Positions 43,869 to 56,339 of a DNA stretch of 64,000 nucleotides are shown piece by piece (within the stretch, counting starts at the first letter, position 1; the number at the start of each line of letters is the position of its first letter). The notes under the pieces are model-generated. The model searched no databases, had not been told where the DNA came from, and saw nothing but the letters and a program-made list of their open reading frames with translations. The DNA is from Vairimorpha necatrix (lineage: Eukaryota). The stretch is taken from assembly GCA_036630325.1 (NCBI GenBank), contig CP142729.1, positions 310,001-374,000 on the forward strand, written 5' to 3'. The translations under genes and the position numbers were made by a program.

Positions 43869-44441
43869 ATGATTTTACGAATTATATTATTTACATATAT
43901 AATTAGTGCCACTCAAGAAAATATGTTATTTTCTTATATAAATAATGATATTTGTACAATATGGATTGGTTTAAATGTTCATTTACTAGTTTCCGCTTCA
44001 ATATACTACAAATTAATTGTTTATTCTTCAGATTCTGATATAGTACAAGATGATAAACCAACTATTGATCCTTCCTTTAGAATATATAATTTTATTAATA
44101 GTAATTATGATCCAGAGTTATTGATATATTTAGAGAAGACGTTTTTCAAAGATAATCCATATAAAATGAAACTTATCAAATCTAAAATGTTATTAAAAAC
44201 CAAAATTGATATAAAGGCATATGAAAAATGTTTCTTGGCTGCTGTCTTTTCTAAGGATGCGGTAAACATTAGAAGATTTTGGAGCACTGATGTGTGTGAT
44301 TTAAAAAATAATAATATTTGTTGTATACAATTTCACTTAAATAATTCAAACTTTGACGAATTATTAAAAATTGCTCCAGAAAATTCCGATCTATTTGTTG
44401 TCAAAGTTTTAAATGAAATCAAGTCTTCGCTGAAAGATTAA
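43869..44441 (+). CDS. truncated paralog of 38738..39760 (secreted form or pseudogene)
   Basis: Colinear similarity (ENM.FS..N.D...I.IGLN; DK..ID..F..Y.FI; KM.LK.KI; LNN.N.DEL.KI.PEN..LFVV); stops before the C-terminal TM region. Confidence 0.75.
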   Translation: MILRIILFTYIISATQENMLFSYINNDICTIWIGLNVHLLVSASIYYKLIVYSSDSDIVQDDKPTIDPSFRIYNFINSNYDPELLIYLEKTFFKDNPYKMKLIKSKMLLKTKIDIKAYEKCFLAAVFSKDAVNIRRFWSTDVCDLKNNNICCIQFHLNNSNFDELLKIAPENSDLFVVKVLNEIKSSLKD

Positions 44442-46266
44442 GAAAAGGGTTTAGATAAAAAAATATGTCTGCGGGGTGCAGTAATATAAAAAAAAAATGA
44501 AAACAAGTATTGGTCCAATTGATAATGACAAAGATTAAATAGTACGGGCGTAGATGATCACAATGAGCATGTTTTTTTTAGAATTGAAGAGAACAACTTG
44601 ACCAAAACTATAATTTCTTGCATTTTAAAGTTGTAATTCGATTTCTTTTAGCATTTTTATAACGCCACTAAAAAGAATTGGTTCCTTGACCGATCCATTC
44701 TAATAATTTCTTATGATAACTCTATCCTATCTCAGAAAACAGAGGAAATATCACAGGGTTCTTTTTAGGGGTACCGATTGTATATTGGATTTTAATTTTG
44801 TTTGTAATTCTATTTCGGGTTCTTTTTTCTGCGGAAAACACATGAAAAAGGAGGTTTAAAACAAAAAGCCTTGTATTATGTTATGTATTTGGTCTATACT
44901 CGTTTGTCGTGAATACGCACCATATTGTGTAAATTATACCAGTTCTATTTTGAACTTTCCTCGAATGTCTTTACAAGAATAAAAAAAAAATTTAGGTTTT
45001 TTAATAATTTATAACTATAGTGACCATTTGTAGGTATAAAGCTTTAATTGTGTATATTCATTTTGAAATTAATTTCGATTTAGAGAGGGGTTGATAGCTA
45101 TAATATCATAATAAAATACACGTGTTAACATAAAATTTATGATAAGGCAGATAAATTTATTAAATTCAAAAAAAATTACATGTGAGAATTAAAGATGAAT
45201 TAACATATTAACAATGTTTTTTAGAGGAAATTTGGTTGACCCCAATGAGGTAAAAAACAGAGTCGATGCTTTAACAACTAAATTAATCCTCTAAAATTTA
45301 AAAGTAAAGATTTTTGCTTATGAATAGATGTGCTAGTATTTTAACTTATTGCTGCTTATATGCTTTCTATTTAATATTTTAATAGTTGAAAATATTTTGT
45401 AAGAAATTTTTTAAGATAAGAGGTTTTTGTACGATTTAGAATTGTTCAAAAGCAATAAACTTTCGAGAGTATAACGAAATTGTTTAGAATTACAAATTAA
45501 AAAGATTAATTTTTATGCCAGATATATTGATTATTATACTCTAATAAATTATTTATAAATATTAAAAATGGATTTAAACTCTATTCTATCTCGAAATTTA
45601 TTATACTTAATAAATTCTTTAGGATATCGCAAAATGTAAACTAAAAGTTTTTTCTGCTTAAGTTGTTATTATTTTTACACATTTTTTTAATGATAACCAA
45701 TATTTTTAGCATATTGATTGTAGATAAAACGTAAAAAGTGCATACAAATGCGATATAAGAGGTTAATAACAATTTAAATAAAGACCTACTGGTTTAAGAT
45801 CACTAGATAATAACCGAAAATAAATAGTAAATTAATAATTTTTGGATACTAGATATGGGTCTGATTCGCCCATTACATTTGAACATGACGAATAAAATTG
45901 TAATTTCTAATAAACCCTAAAATCAGAATGTAACTTATGAGAAATCATTCTACGTAACCCATAAATATGCTAAAATCATCAATGACAACGAATTAAAAAA
46001 AATGTTAAATTTTACCGATAGAAAATGGAAAGTTTCTAGATGAAAGTCTAAATCGTAGGCACGGAAGTTTTCTTAAACCGGTATAATTAAAAGATTAACG
46101 TACTCGATTTCACATCGCGTTTTATACAATCTTCTTCACAATAAAAAATTTTGATCATAATTTCAATGTGAATTTTAAATTTTACAATTTTGTATCTGAA
46201 CTGAAGATAATTATCATTTTTGCAATTTATTAAAGCATTTTTTTTACGTTTATAGAATAGAATTAT

Positions 46267-48757
46267 TGTCGCGCGCCAACGAGGGATCGCGCCCAGTGCA
46301 CAACCGGATTTTGTCCTAATTTTTTAACCTAACTACATTTTTTAGATTTAAAATTTTTAATTGTATTATACGAACCATATATGTATATGAATATTAGCTT
46401 TATGATTTTATTTAACCACATTTATTTTTATTTACAACCCCAAAATAAATTTATGCTCGCTGAGAAACGTCCAAGACCTCAAAAGTATTAAACGTCAAAA
46501 CAACCACTGTGCCAAGCTGGTTGATAATAATGCCTTCATTTATTTTAGTGTGGGTTCATCATTTAAAGTAAGATTTACTTTTTTGCCTCAATGAAAAAAG
46601 TAAATGACCAAGTTGAGTATGATCTGCTTGTCCAAATACTCAAAGGAGAAGAGGGTAGCCTTAAATTTGACAAACTTTTAAATCTAGGTAAACAAAGGAA
46701 TCCCGAGATTTTATTCTTGAAGATGTGGGAGGCTGTTACAAACGATTATTTTTGAGTTTTATGGTCCAAGCTATGTAATAGAAATCTAAGGACTTTATCT
46801 TCAGCATCAACTTGCGCGAACCGCCTCTATATAATTGAAATAACAGTACTTTAGCATATTTAGGGGTAGTATAATGGAAGTTTGCAGTATATGCAATATA
46901 TGTATGCAAGCACAACCTCTTAAAACAAAAGAAAAGTTAAAGCACATCGTCGCTAAAAGTCTTTTGTAAGATTTAATATTGATCTTGTTGATATGAGGGC
47001 TTATAGCTGCAAAAATGGTGCTTTTAGTTTGATACTGTCAGCAATAGATGTATTTTCAAAATATGCCTTTATCTCTGCTTTAAAATCAAAACTGTCGTTG
47101 AAGTCGTATTAGTGTAAATTACAAAATTCAAACGTTAGGTTTATCAGCTATACTTCAATTTGACAACGGCAAAGAGTTTAAAAATATAACATTAGTTGAA
47201 TCCCGCAACAAAATAAAATTTTGATTATTTATGTCAGAATCATCATCTATAGAATCAAGGACAAGTCAAGTTGTTTAATTAAAACTTATTCAATACTTGC
47301 AAAAACATCTTTGCGAAAAAAGATTATAACAGAAAGAACTGGCTAAGTTTATCATTTAATATGTTTATGATTAAACACCGCCGTTCACTCCGCTACAAAG
47401 AAGTCTCCCTATAATTTATGGTACGAAAGCCTCGGTTACAATACATATCTGAGGTATAATGATGATTCTACTGATAAGGATTAAACAATTTCAAACACGA
47501 TATCGGCAAGATGTGCCTTGAGTTTTGAGAAATATCTTGAAAGAATGGACAGAAAATGTGTTCATAAATCTAACATTGATTTTCTATCGGTGATTATTTG
47601 GTCGTAAAAAATGACTTCGACACTAATTTTAATATAAAAAAACTAAAATTAAGTTCTTATTATAGTGTGCCAACGAAAAGAATAGAAATTTTTAAATACC
47701 ATTTAAGTCTAAGATTTGACGGCAATAAATAAATAGATCAACGAATTCCAAAAAAAAAACTAAAAAAAGAGACCCTAAATAAGTTTTACTTTTTGTTATA
47801 TTGAAAATTTTGGTTTTTTATGATTTTAAATATATACTTTATACATTGAAAACTGCTTTTGATGTTTTTACTTATAAGTAATTGTTTGTTTTTGAACAAG
47901 AAATATTTGTCTTAATACCCATAAGACAAATGAAGTTTTTTTACGTTCTATATTTATAAAATAAAATTACTTTATTTGTGCGCTCTTATTAGAAAAAAGA
48001 GTAAAATGTCGTATACCAACGTATAGCAAAATATAATATCTCATTTTGAACCTTCGTAAAATAGTGATCAAAGGGCATAAAAAATTGTATCTTAATATAG
48101 TTATGGTTCTTTTCTATACTAAAATGAAATTTTGTGAAGTCAAGATTATGCGAATATTCTTGTAAATTATTTATATGAACACAACATCATATTTTCGAAT
48201 TTTGGTTTTTTTAATTTATTTTCCAAGATATTCAATACTTAAGATTAGAGTTATTTAATCAGAAACAGGTATAAGTTCTTTTAAATTTTTTTTTAGTATT
48301 TATAAAAATTCTTGTAAATTGAAGTTTAATAATTTTCTAAGAATCTCTGAAAAATATCTTAAAAATTAATCGAAAAAGAGAGCTAATTGTGGGATTTTTA
48401 AAGAAATAATGGAACACAATATACTCATAAATTTGTAAAAATAATATTTTTTATATATACATATAACTTAATAAGTTAAGTAATTATCAGACAGCAGCTC
48501 TTTGTTATAATCTTAATCCGCTTAAAAAACATAATGAACATGACCCAATTTGGCAAAAACTTATTTTGTATTCACAAAAATGATTTCATGTTTTTATTTT
48601 CATAATGTAAGTGGGCGTTAGTAAAGTGCTATCTAAAAAGCAAGATACTTTCGTATATATTCTTATTTATATACATTTTCTTACCCAATTAATCAGTTAA
48701 ATCGAACACGCTTCATCTTTTGGGACATTTTTTTACGAATTGTTCCGGCGCGCGACA
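46267..48757 (+). mobile_element. degenerate Ginger/TDD-like (rve integrase) DNA transposon
   Basis: Inverted termini TGTCGCGCGCC...GGCGCGCGACA (15-bp match if the flanking TTAT/ATAA is included). Broken frames at ~46890-47420 give CNICMQAQPLK, IDLVDMRAY, LSAIDVFSKYA, ILQFDNGKEF, QGQV; no RT. Confidence 0.75.
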
Positions 48758-50839
48758 ATAACTAATAAATTAAATGCAAAAAAATGAGTAGCATAGAGGA
48801 GAAAATATATATATAAAATTAAAAAAATTCTTTTCAATATGTTTTTATTTTTCTCAATACTATGAAATATTTTTAATAGCTTGATATTCTAGAAGAAGAT
48901 ATAAATATAAATCTTTTTTTATAATAACAAATATTTAAAAAAGAATACCAGTAAACATAGAACAATTAAACACAATTTTACATCTAGATAAATTTTTTAT
49001 TAAAAAATAATTTGCATATAAAAGAAGTCGAATGCATATAAAGTTTTAATTTAATTAAAATCACATTATTCAAAAGTATATTTTATGTAAAAGATATATT
49101 TATTTAATATTTTTAATATTTAAAGATGGCAGTAATTTGCGCTGTTTTTGCTCATGTTTTTTTCTATTTCATTTTTAAGTAAAAATATAAATGAACAACC
49201 TTAAGAGGAGGCATTTTATATACCAATTCCGATTTTAATGTAAATACTTTGGGATTTATTTGTAAACATTTGCTTAGATTTGTAAATTAATTAAAAATTT
49301 TTTGTAAATAAAAAACTATTTTTACCAAATAAAATATTTTTGAATTCTCTATTAGTCCTCGTACATATTCAAAAATCTATCACTAAACCTTTGAGCAAAG
49401 AAGATCGAAAAAGAATAAGTATTGCGATAAGAAACTTAAAAAAATATAATAGCAGGCCCTTTAGCGGTGGTTTACTGAATGAATGTAAGAAGAAATAGCA
49501 AGATGGCTTTTTGAATCTGTTTTGGACCAAATAATTTATCCTCAAAAAAGTCGGTACCTATGGTCGAAACTACCTAAAAGTGAATATCAGAGATTATTCG
49601 AGAAGACGTAGATTTGAAAGATATAAAGAGCTTTTAAAATATAGATTAAGTATACCGAAAAATTTTAAAGATAATTCGCGAACATTTGACATTTTTACAA
49701 AGGTATTTGTATGGCGTACTAAAGGACTATTTGAAGATCTTATATGCATGCAGTTCAATGGAATAAAAATCAATGAAAGTAAGATTAATATTATACTGAA
49801 AAGAGCAATTTTGTGTTAAATTTAGTGGATAATAAAGATATAGATTTTTAATTTTTTTGTAAAAAAGACCAGAATGAAGATTATATGACCACGTTGAACG
49901 AGCTTATCTCAATCATGCAAAAAATTACTTCTGCTAACATTCTTAAATATGATAATAATCTAAGTTTACCATTAGATTATAGTGTCATTTTTTCGGAAGA
50001 TTCATCGATTTTATTAACCTTTTTGAATCGTATTAAGTTACTTTAAATTAAAATTGTTATGATTAGTAACTTTTTGTGCAATGCGGAAATATTTTGTATT
50101 TGATTCTTTTGAAACGAAAAGAATTACACTGTAACATACACAAGCGTATGCTTTCCCGTTTTGTAAACAGAATTTAAATATTTTTGCATTTTTGATAATC
50201 TATAATGTAGAAATCCTAATTTTTTATCTAAACAAATTAATTAGGTCATGTGTAATTAGTTAGATCGATTTAAATCGGAGTTAAAATAATAATGTACTAT
50301 ATAACTTTTTCATTTCATTTTATAGCATTATTTTTTTGGGAAATTTCATTTTTCTTGATTCTATAATGTTTTACGATTTTTGTAATTTTTTAAAGAAGTT
50401 TTAGCTAAAGATATTTTGGAGACAAGTTTTACAAACTGTATTATTGATATCTAAATAAATCAACATAAAATTTAGCCACTTAAAATGGTCAAATTAATGT
50501 GTTAAATCCACTTTTGATGTTACAATAACATAAAAGTAGATTAGATATTTTATAAACACGAAAAGAGGGGTTAAAAATTAAAAAACTTCTTTTTATCATA
50601 TAGTAGATATACAGATGTATGTTTTACATATGTAAAGCGAAAAGTACTTTTAGTTTCCTTTTTGCTCCTTCTTTTTATAGTTAAAAAATTTGAAAGACAG
50701 ACTAGAAGGCCCTTATAATATCGCCTTAATTGAATACGAGATGCACATTTAAACTTTCGGCGCTTAAGGGAATTTTCCACATTCCTAGAAGAATAAAATA
50801 CAGTCAATTTTAAAATTTTATTTTTTAACCCCCTTTTTC

Positions 50840-51406
50840 ATGAAAATTGCTGTCTGTTGTGCTATGAATCAAAATAGGAGCATGGAAGCACACAAAGTCT
50901 TACAGAATTCTGGCTATGAAATTGATTCTTATGGTACAAATAATCAGATAAAAATACCAGGGGAAACATTAGAAACTCCTAACATATATAAATTTGGTAC
51001 ATCTTACCGTGAAATATACGAAGATTTACATAATAAAAATGCGCCATTTTATGAAAAAATCGGCATTTTGAAGATGCTTGAGCGAAATATGAAAATTAAA
51101 AATTACGCTGAAAACTTTTTTGAGAAAAATGTGCACCACGATCTCATCATTACGGCTGAAGAAAAATGTTTTGTAGCAATTTACGAAAATAAAATAAAAA
51201 ATTCCGGGAATATTAAAACTTTTTTAATAAATTTTGATATTAAAGACACAATCTCAGATGCTAGTTCTGGAGCTTTGGAGATTAAAGATTTCATTGATAT
51301 GTGTATGATTAATACTGGGAGCATCGAATCGAGACTTATGAAAGCTCTAGAAAGTTTTAACAGAAAATATATGAAAAATAATATATTTACAATATTAGAA
51401 GAATAA
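50840..51406 (+). CDS. SSU72: RNA polymerase II CTD phosphatase Ssu72
   Basis: Catalytic CAMNQNRSMEAH (CX5RS); SYGT..IKIPG...PNIYKFGT.Y; MLERN..IK; DIKD. Confidence 0.95.
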   Translation: MKIAVCCAMNQNRSMEAHKVLQNSGYEIDSYGTNNQIKIPGETLETPNIYKFGTSYREIYEDLHNKNAPFYEKIGILKMLERNMKIKNYAENFFEKNVHHDLIITAEEKCFVAIYENKIKNSGNIKTFLINFDIKDTISDASSGALEIKDFIDMCMINTGSIESRLMKALESFNRKYMKNNIFTILEE

Positions 51407-52008
51407 AATAGAATACACAGTGCTTCAATGTATAAAATTTATGAAAGGTAAAATAATAGGCATATTTTAATAATTATTAAAAAGGAAAGTTTAGCGGCAA
51501 ATATTTTCTAACATTTAAATAAGAACTTAATTTCCGAAATATATTTCAAATAAACTTAATATAAATATAGTTTAAAATTTCTCCATCATTAAAATATGAC
51601 GTGTCTTAGATGATTTATATTTTATGATCAAATACCTGATAAATAAAGATTTTGATTATTGATCTACAAACTTTTAACTTTTAATGAATACTGCCAATAT
51701 AAAACTCATCTGTTGTCCAGACAAAAAAACCACAAATAAATTTAATATAACATCACATCAATTAAATCATAATAAGCATGACAAAAAAGCAATTCTAGTC
51801 TAAACATACAATAATCAACATAATATCTATATTGTACATAAAAAAATTTAGTTATTATTATAGAAATAATAATAAAAAAGTTTGTTTGTTTGTTTTACCA
51901 ACAAATTACAAAATAAAACTATTTAAGAAAAAAAAAATGCATAAATCAAAAATGGATAAAAAGTGTCAAAAAATAGGAAATATAAAATTTCGAAATTTTA
52001 ACCCCTCA

Positions 52009-54330
52009 ATGACGAAGGAGGAGACCTCATGCAAGATATGCCATGGACCAGAAACAAATGAGGAGAATTTATGTTGTCCTTGTAAATGTACAGGAAGTAT
52101 CAAATTTATACACAGATCTTGTTTATTGAAATATATAGAGAGTAGTGGTAAAGAGTTCTGTACGATCTGTAAGTACAAATATGAATTTAGAAATATCTAC
52201 AAAAAGGACACACCTTCAAGATTACCCATAAATTTAATTATCAGAGAAATATTTCAGAGATTTTTAAAATGTCTAAAATACATATTTTATACATTGATGA
52301 CGTTGTCAATAATATGCACAGTGGTTTATATTAATGGAAGTGTGTTCCTTAAATACATTTGTAATATTGTTTCAGATACCCATCTTAATATATGCGGAGT
52401 AGGGATTCCTATTACTTGCTTATCATTTTCTTTCTATTACTTGTATTTTAAGGTCTCTAGAGTAACAAGAAGTACAGCAAGAAGAAGGAACATTAGAATT
52501 GATTCAATGAATGTTACAAGTGAGACCATATCTTATGAAGAAACACCAAGACTGATATTGTCAAATATAGCCAATGAGAGGGTTATTCCATTTGTAAGTA
52601 CAACAGATGAGGTAATACCGCCAAGTAATGATTTAGGTGATGAAATGGAAGAAAATTTACAAAATCTAGGTGATGAAGTAATTTTTTATGTAAAAATAGA
52701 TTTTAAACTTATTCCAAAAATTTGCAGTCCTATTCTTTTCTGGTGGTTCTTTTTAAAAATTGCAAAATATGTCCATTTTGATTGGCCAAATTGTGAATTC
52801 TCAAAATTTTTACGACGGGTTTGTTTGTACGATTTTACAAAAACAGTATTTGTCATGTACACTCTCTTTTTATGTTTGCTTTTAGTTTCTTGGAAGTTTA
52901 AAAAAATTTACGATTTTTTTAAAATTCTAAATTTGATATTTGCCTGTTTTGCGATTATTATTTTCGTTGATGGAGTGTGTCTTCATTTTTTATTTTCTAA
53001 GATTTGCAATAATGGGGTCTTGGTAGATTTTGCCTCTGCATATTCCTGTGTTTTCAGTAGTTGTTTATTTCATATAATTATAGGTTATGAATTTAATTCA
53101 TTTTTTAAAAAGACTATCTTTTCCTATACTGATAAATTTAGACCTGGCATGTTATGGAGTGTTGCGGAACCAGATGAAGAACCATTTGATTTACTGTACA
53201 AATTATCACAGAGGCCTTTGTCTGTCATATTTTTCAAAGCAATTAGGAATTTTATTTTTCATCTTGTCACTTACTTAGTTATATTGACCACAGTAAAATC
53301 TGAAATCAATATCAAATTTCGTATTTTTGATATCTACAAATTCTTGATATTCTTTAGACTTAAAAATCATATTTTTTCGTCATTGAAGCCTTTTTTAGAA
53401 AAAATGTCTTTTTTCAATTCTGAAATACTGAAATGTTTATCAAGATATTTTAAAATGGAAAATTTTTTATTTGGAGAAAAAATTTTATATGATAAAAATA
53501 TGGAAGAAAATATCAAATGGTGTCCCAATAAGCATAAATATTATGACAGTAATAAAGTAAGAAGAAATAGTAAGCAAAAAGTGACACCTCTTGAAATAGA
53601 AAAATTTTTCAAAACGAGCCACAACAATGATTTTGGTCTATTTTATATTCCAAAATTTTATCAACTATATCTCGGAATTTTTTCTTTATTGATTATTTTC
53701 TCCACCTCACTTGCCTTTAAACTTGTTTTACGTTTTACTAAGATTTCCACCATTTTTTTATTGTCTAATGATCTGTCCTTTTCGCCCTTTGCTGATATTA
53801 TTTACATTTTCATAGCAAGCCTAGTTTTTTTTATTTTTACTATTCCTACAAATATAAAGAAATTTAGAAGCCTTCACAAGAAGATTTTAATTTTTTTTTA
53901 TGTGGATGTCTTCTGGCCACTTTGGTTTTCTTGTCTCATTGTTATTTTATACGGCGAAAAATCTATAAATGCATTTCCGTATAGAAGTTGGACTTTAATC
54001 TCTTCCACCTCTGATATTGTGAATTTCTTATTTAACAATCTAATATTCACTTCTTCTATTCAATATATCTCTTTACTCGATGTCTGTAAAAATTTGTTTG
54101 CTTTTACTTGTACAATTACTTTTTGTGTGTTCACAGTAAAGCAATATAAATATTGGATGTTGATGTTATATAAACATGGTATAAGTATTCCGATTTTTTA
54201 TCTGATCCCGATCGCCTACATAGTAATTTATCATAGTAATCGAATTGTAGAATATTTTAAAAGATTTTTAGAAAATATTAGACGAAAAAATTATCTTGTA
54301 GATAGAGAAATCATAAATTATAATAGATGA
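52009..54330 (+). CDS. DOA10: RING-CH (RINGv) multipass E3 ubiquitin ligase, Doa10/MARCH6-like
   Basis: CKICH...LCCPCKCTGSIKFIHRSCLLKY...CTICKY; many TM helices; FRPG motif; ATG 52009 follows cccctca (the ORF-track TTG start at 51832 is unlikely). Confidence 0.85.
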   Translation: MTKEETSCKICHGPETNEENLCCPCKCTGSIKFIHRSCLLKYIESSGKEFCTICKYKYEFRNIYKKDTPSRLPINLIIREIFQRFLKCLKYIFYTLMTLSIICTVVYINGSVFLKYICNIVSDTHLNICGVGIPITCLSFSFYYLYFKVSRVTRSTARRRNIRIDSMNVTSETISYEETPRLILSNIANERVIPFVSTTDEVIPPSNDLGDEMEENLQNLGDEVIFYVKIDFKLIPKICSPILFWWFFLKIAKYVHFDWPNCEFSKFLRRVCLYDFTKTVFVMYTLFLCLLLVSWKFKKIYDFFKILNLIFACFAIIIFVDGVCLHFLFSKICNNGVLVDFASAYSCVFSSCLFHIIIGYEFNSFFKKTIFSYTDKFRPGMLWSVAEPDEEPFDLLYKLSQRPLSVIFFKAIRNFIFHLVTYLVILTTVKSEINIKFRIFDIYKFLIFFRLKNHIFSSLKPFLEKMSFFNSEILKCLSRYFKMENFLFGEKILYDKNMEENIKWCPNKHKYYDSNKVRRNSKQKVTPLEIEKFFKTSHNNDFGLFYIPKFYQLYLGIFSLLIIFSTSLAFKLVLRFTKISTIFLLSNDLSFSPFADIIYIFIASLVFFIFTIPTNIKKFRSLHKKILIFFYVDVFWPLWFSCLIVILYGEKSINAFPYRSWTLISSTSDIVNFLFNNLIFTSSIQYISLLDVCKNLFAFTCTITFCVFTVKQYKYWMLMLYKHGISIPIFYLIPIAYIVIYHSNRIVEYFKRFLENIRRKNYLVDREIINYNR

Positions 54331-55115
54331 TAATATTTAGAGCCAAATAGTCAAAAAAAGGAAAATTACATAAAAAAATATCTATTATTGATATAAAAAA
54401 CATTGTACTAAATTAAGTCGGCGATAATAGTAAAATAAAAAATTATATATATTTTATAAGTGAAAAACAAATCATCTCTTTTTTTCTAATATATAAACTA
54501 TAGATATTTTATTCATAAACAAACATCATATTTGAAGGGAAACTATACGTTTTTTAAATTTACACATTTAACTTATAGTATAAGTTATGAACGCATTGGG
54601 AAAAAAATATAGACCGAAGAAGAAATTTATAGTTGTTAGAGTGAAAACATGGGTTGATTAATCATAAAATATATAAAGAAAGACATGTCAAATGTCTCAA
54701 GATGGACACTGCTGGATTTGACATGTGTTGTACTTCCCACAAAAGTGTTAAACTTTAAGCTTTCTAAACAAAATATTATAGCGTTTAACAATAAAAAAAG
54801 TTATCATTTTGATATAACAAAATAAAAATTTTGCCTTTAAAATCAATTACGATTCAAGATTAACAAAAATACATAAAACAGAAAATATCGAAACGTAAAG
54901 CAGCAATATTTAGAAATCAATAGAATAAAATGATTTAAAGTCTTATGTGTGATTATATTCATTGTATTTTCGAAATCTCTTTTCATAAAAATAATACATG
55001 TATAAACTTTTATTTTCAATAAGTAAGAAACCTCGTTTAAATTTTATCAACGAACTACTTTATATCAATATAAAAAATTATATTGTGATAACGATGCTAT
55101 AAATATAAAAAATTT

Positions 55116-56332
55116 GGCTCTACTTCATTTTCTGCCCCCCCCCCCCCAAAAAAAAAAAAACATCAATAAAAAGATGCAAAATCGTGTTATTTTTCAAATC
55201 TAAACATTTTTTTTTGAGAGGGGCAAGAAAATGAAGTTAAGGTATTTTTTGTCGATTTGAGAATTTTTAAATGCCTCCTTTAGATTCCTCATTATGGGGT
55301 TAAAAAATTTTAATTTTTTAACCCCATAATGAGGAATCTGCAGGAAGCTATTCGAGAGCTAAATATCTGCGAAGATGCGTGCTTTAGGAACAATGAAGCA
55401 GCAATTGATTTTTTTTAGATAATGATCTTCTAAAAAGATCGATTGCTTGCAGACATTGTTCGACATCAGAACGAACTGTTCTTATGAACATTAGTGGATG
55501 TTCCGGCTACATTGACGGTAAAGTTTATCGTTGTGCTAATAAAAAGTGTAGTTCGAAGGGCTCACTTAAAAATGGTACGATGTTTAAAGGGATAAGCGTT
55601 CCATTTCACAAAATCCTTAGAGCATTCTATTGCTGGATATTTAATTATACTACTTACCAGGCAATAGATCTTTGCAAATTATGTGAAAATATATATATCC
55701 AAATCAAGGATACAGTGATGGAAGTCATTGCTTCTAAAGCGATGATAGCTACCAAATTGGAGAAACTTCTGTTCGTGTACAATTTGATGAAACCGCCATG
55801 CAACGGGTTAATTGTATCTAATCCTTCTTCAACTTTGGATTCCATGCCTGGAATTCAATGGATTATAGGCGGCATAGTAAAAGGTAATTCTAGAGAATTT
55901 GTTCTTGAATTGCTACCTAATCGATAATCTAGTACTATTGAAGACTTTTTTAGACGCAGAGTAAAACTTGGCTCAATTATATTTACTGATGGATACCCTT
56001 TATACCCATCAGCCTCTAGAAATTTTGGAGTGAACATTACATAGTAAATCATTCGCTTGGATTTATAAATGCAGAAGGAGACCACACAAATAATATAGAA
56101 AATTTGTGGTTCCATTTGAAGAATGAGTATAGTTCGAGTTGGGCTTAAAAGGCATAGGATTAATTTATTTCTAAAAGAATTTGCTTGGAAAAAGAGACAT
56201 ATCAATCATTCTAATAATGATGATCATAGGTGTGCTTATATAAAAATTTTAGAACTTTGTAGGTTGGAATAAATAAGATTTCTTCAAAATAATTTTATTT
56301 CTAGGGGGGGGGCAAGAAAAAGAAGTAGCGCC
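55116..56332 (+). mobile_element. Merlin-type DNA transposon with frameshifted transposase
   Basis: TIRs ggctctacttcattttctgcccccc / reverse complement ggcgctacttctttttcttgcccccc. Fragments YRCANKKC, VQFDET, QWIIGGI, IFTDGYP, VNH, HTNNIENLW in shifting frames from the ATG at 55329. Confidence 0.88.
55282..55339. repeat. perfect palindrome (28-bp arms, 2-nt loop) spanning the transposase start
   Basis: agattcctcattatggggttaaaaaatt-tt-aattttttaaccccataatgaggaatct. Confidence 0.95.
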
Positions 56333-56339
56333 CCGAAAG

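Noticed and set aside
49190-50200. Possible decayed gene (F-box/LRR-like), including ORF 49580..49819
   Set aside because: Coding-like patches only; no motif I can support
51832-52008. 59-aa N-terminal extension of the RING-CH ligase
   Set aside because: TTG start in AT-rich promoter-like DNA; the CCC-preceded ATG at 52009 fits the family N-terminus
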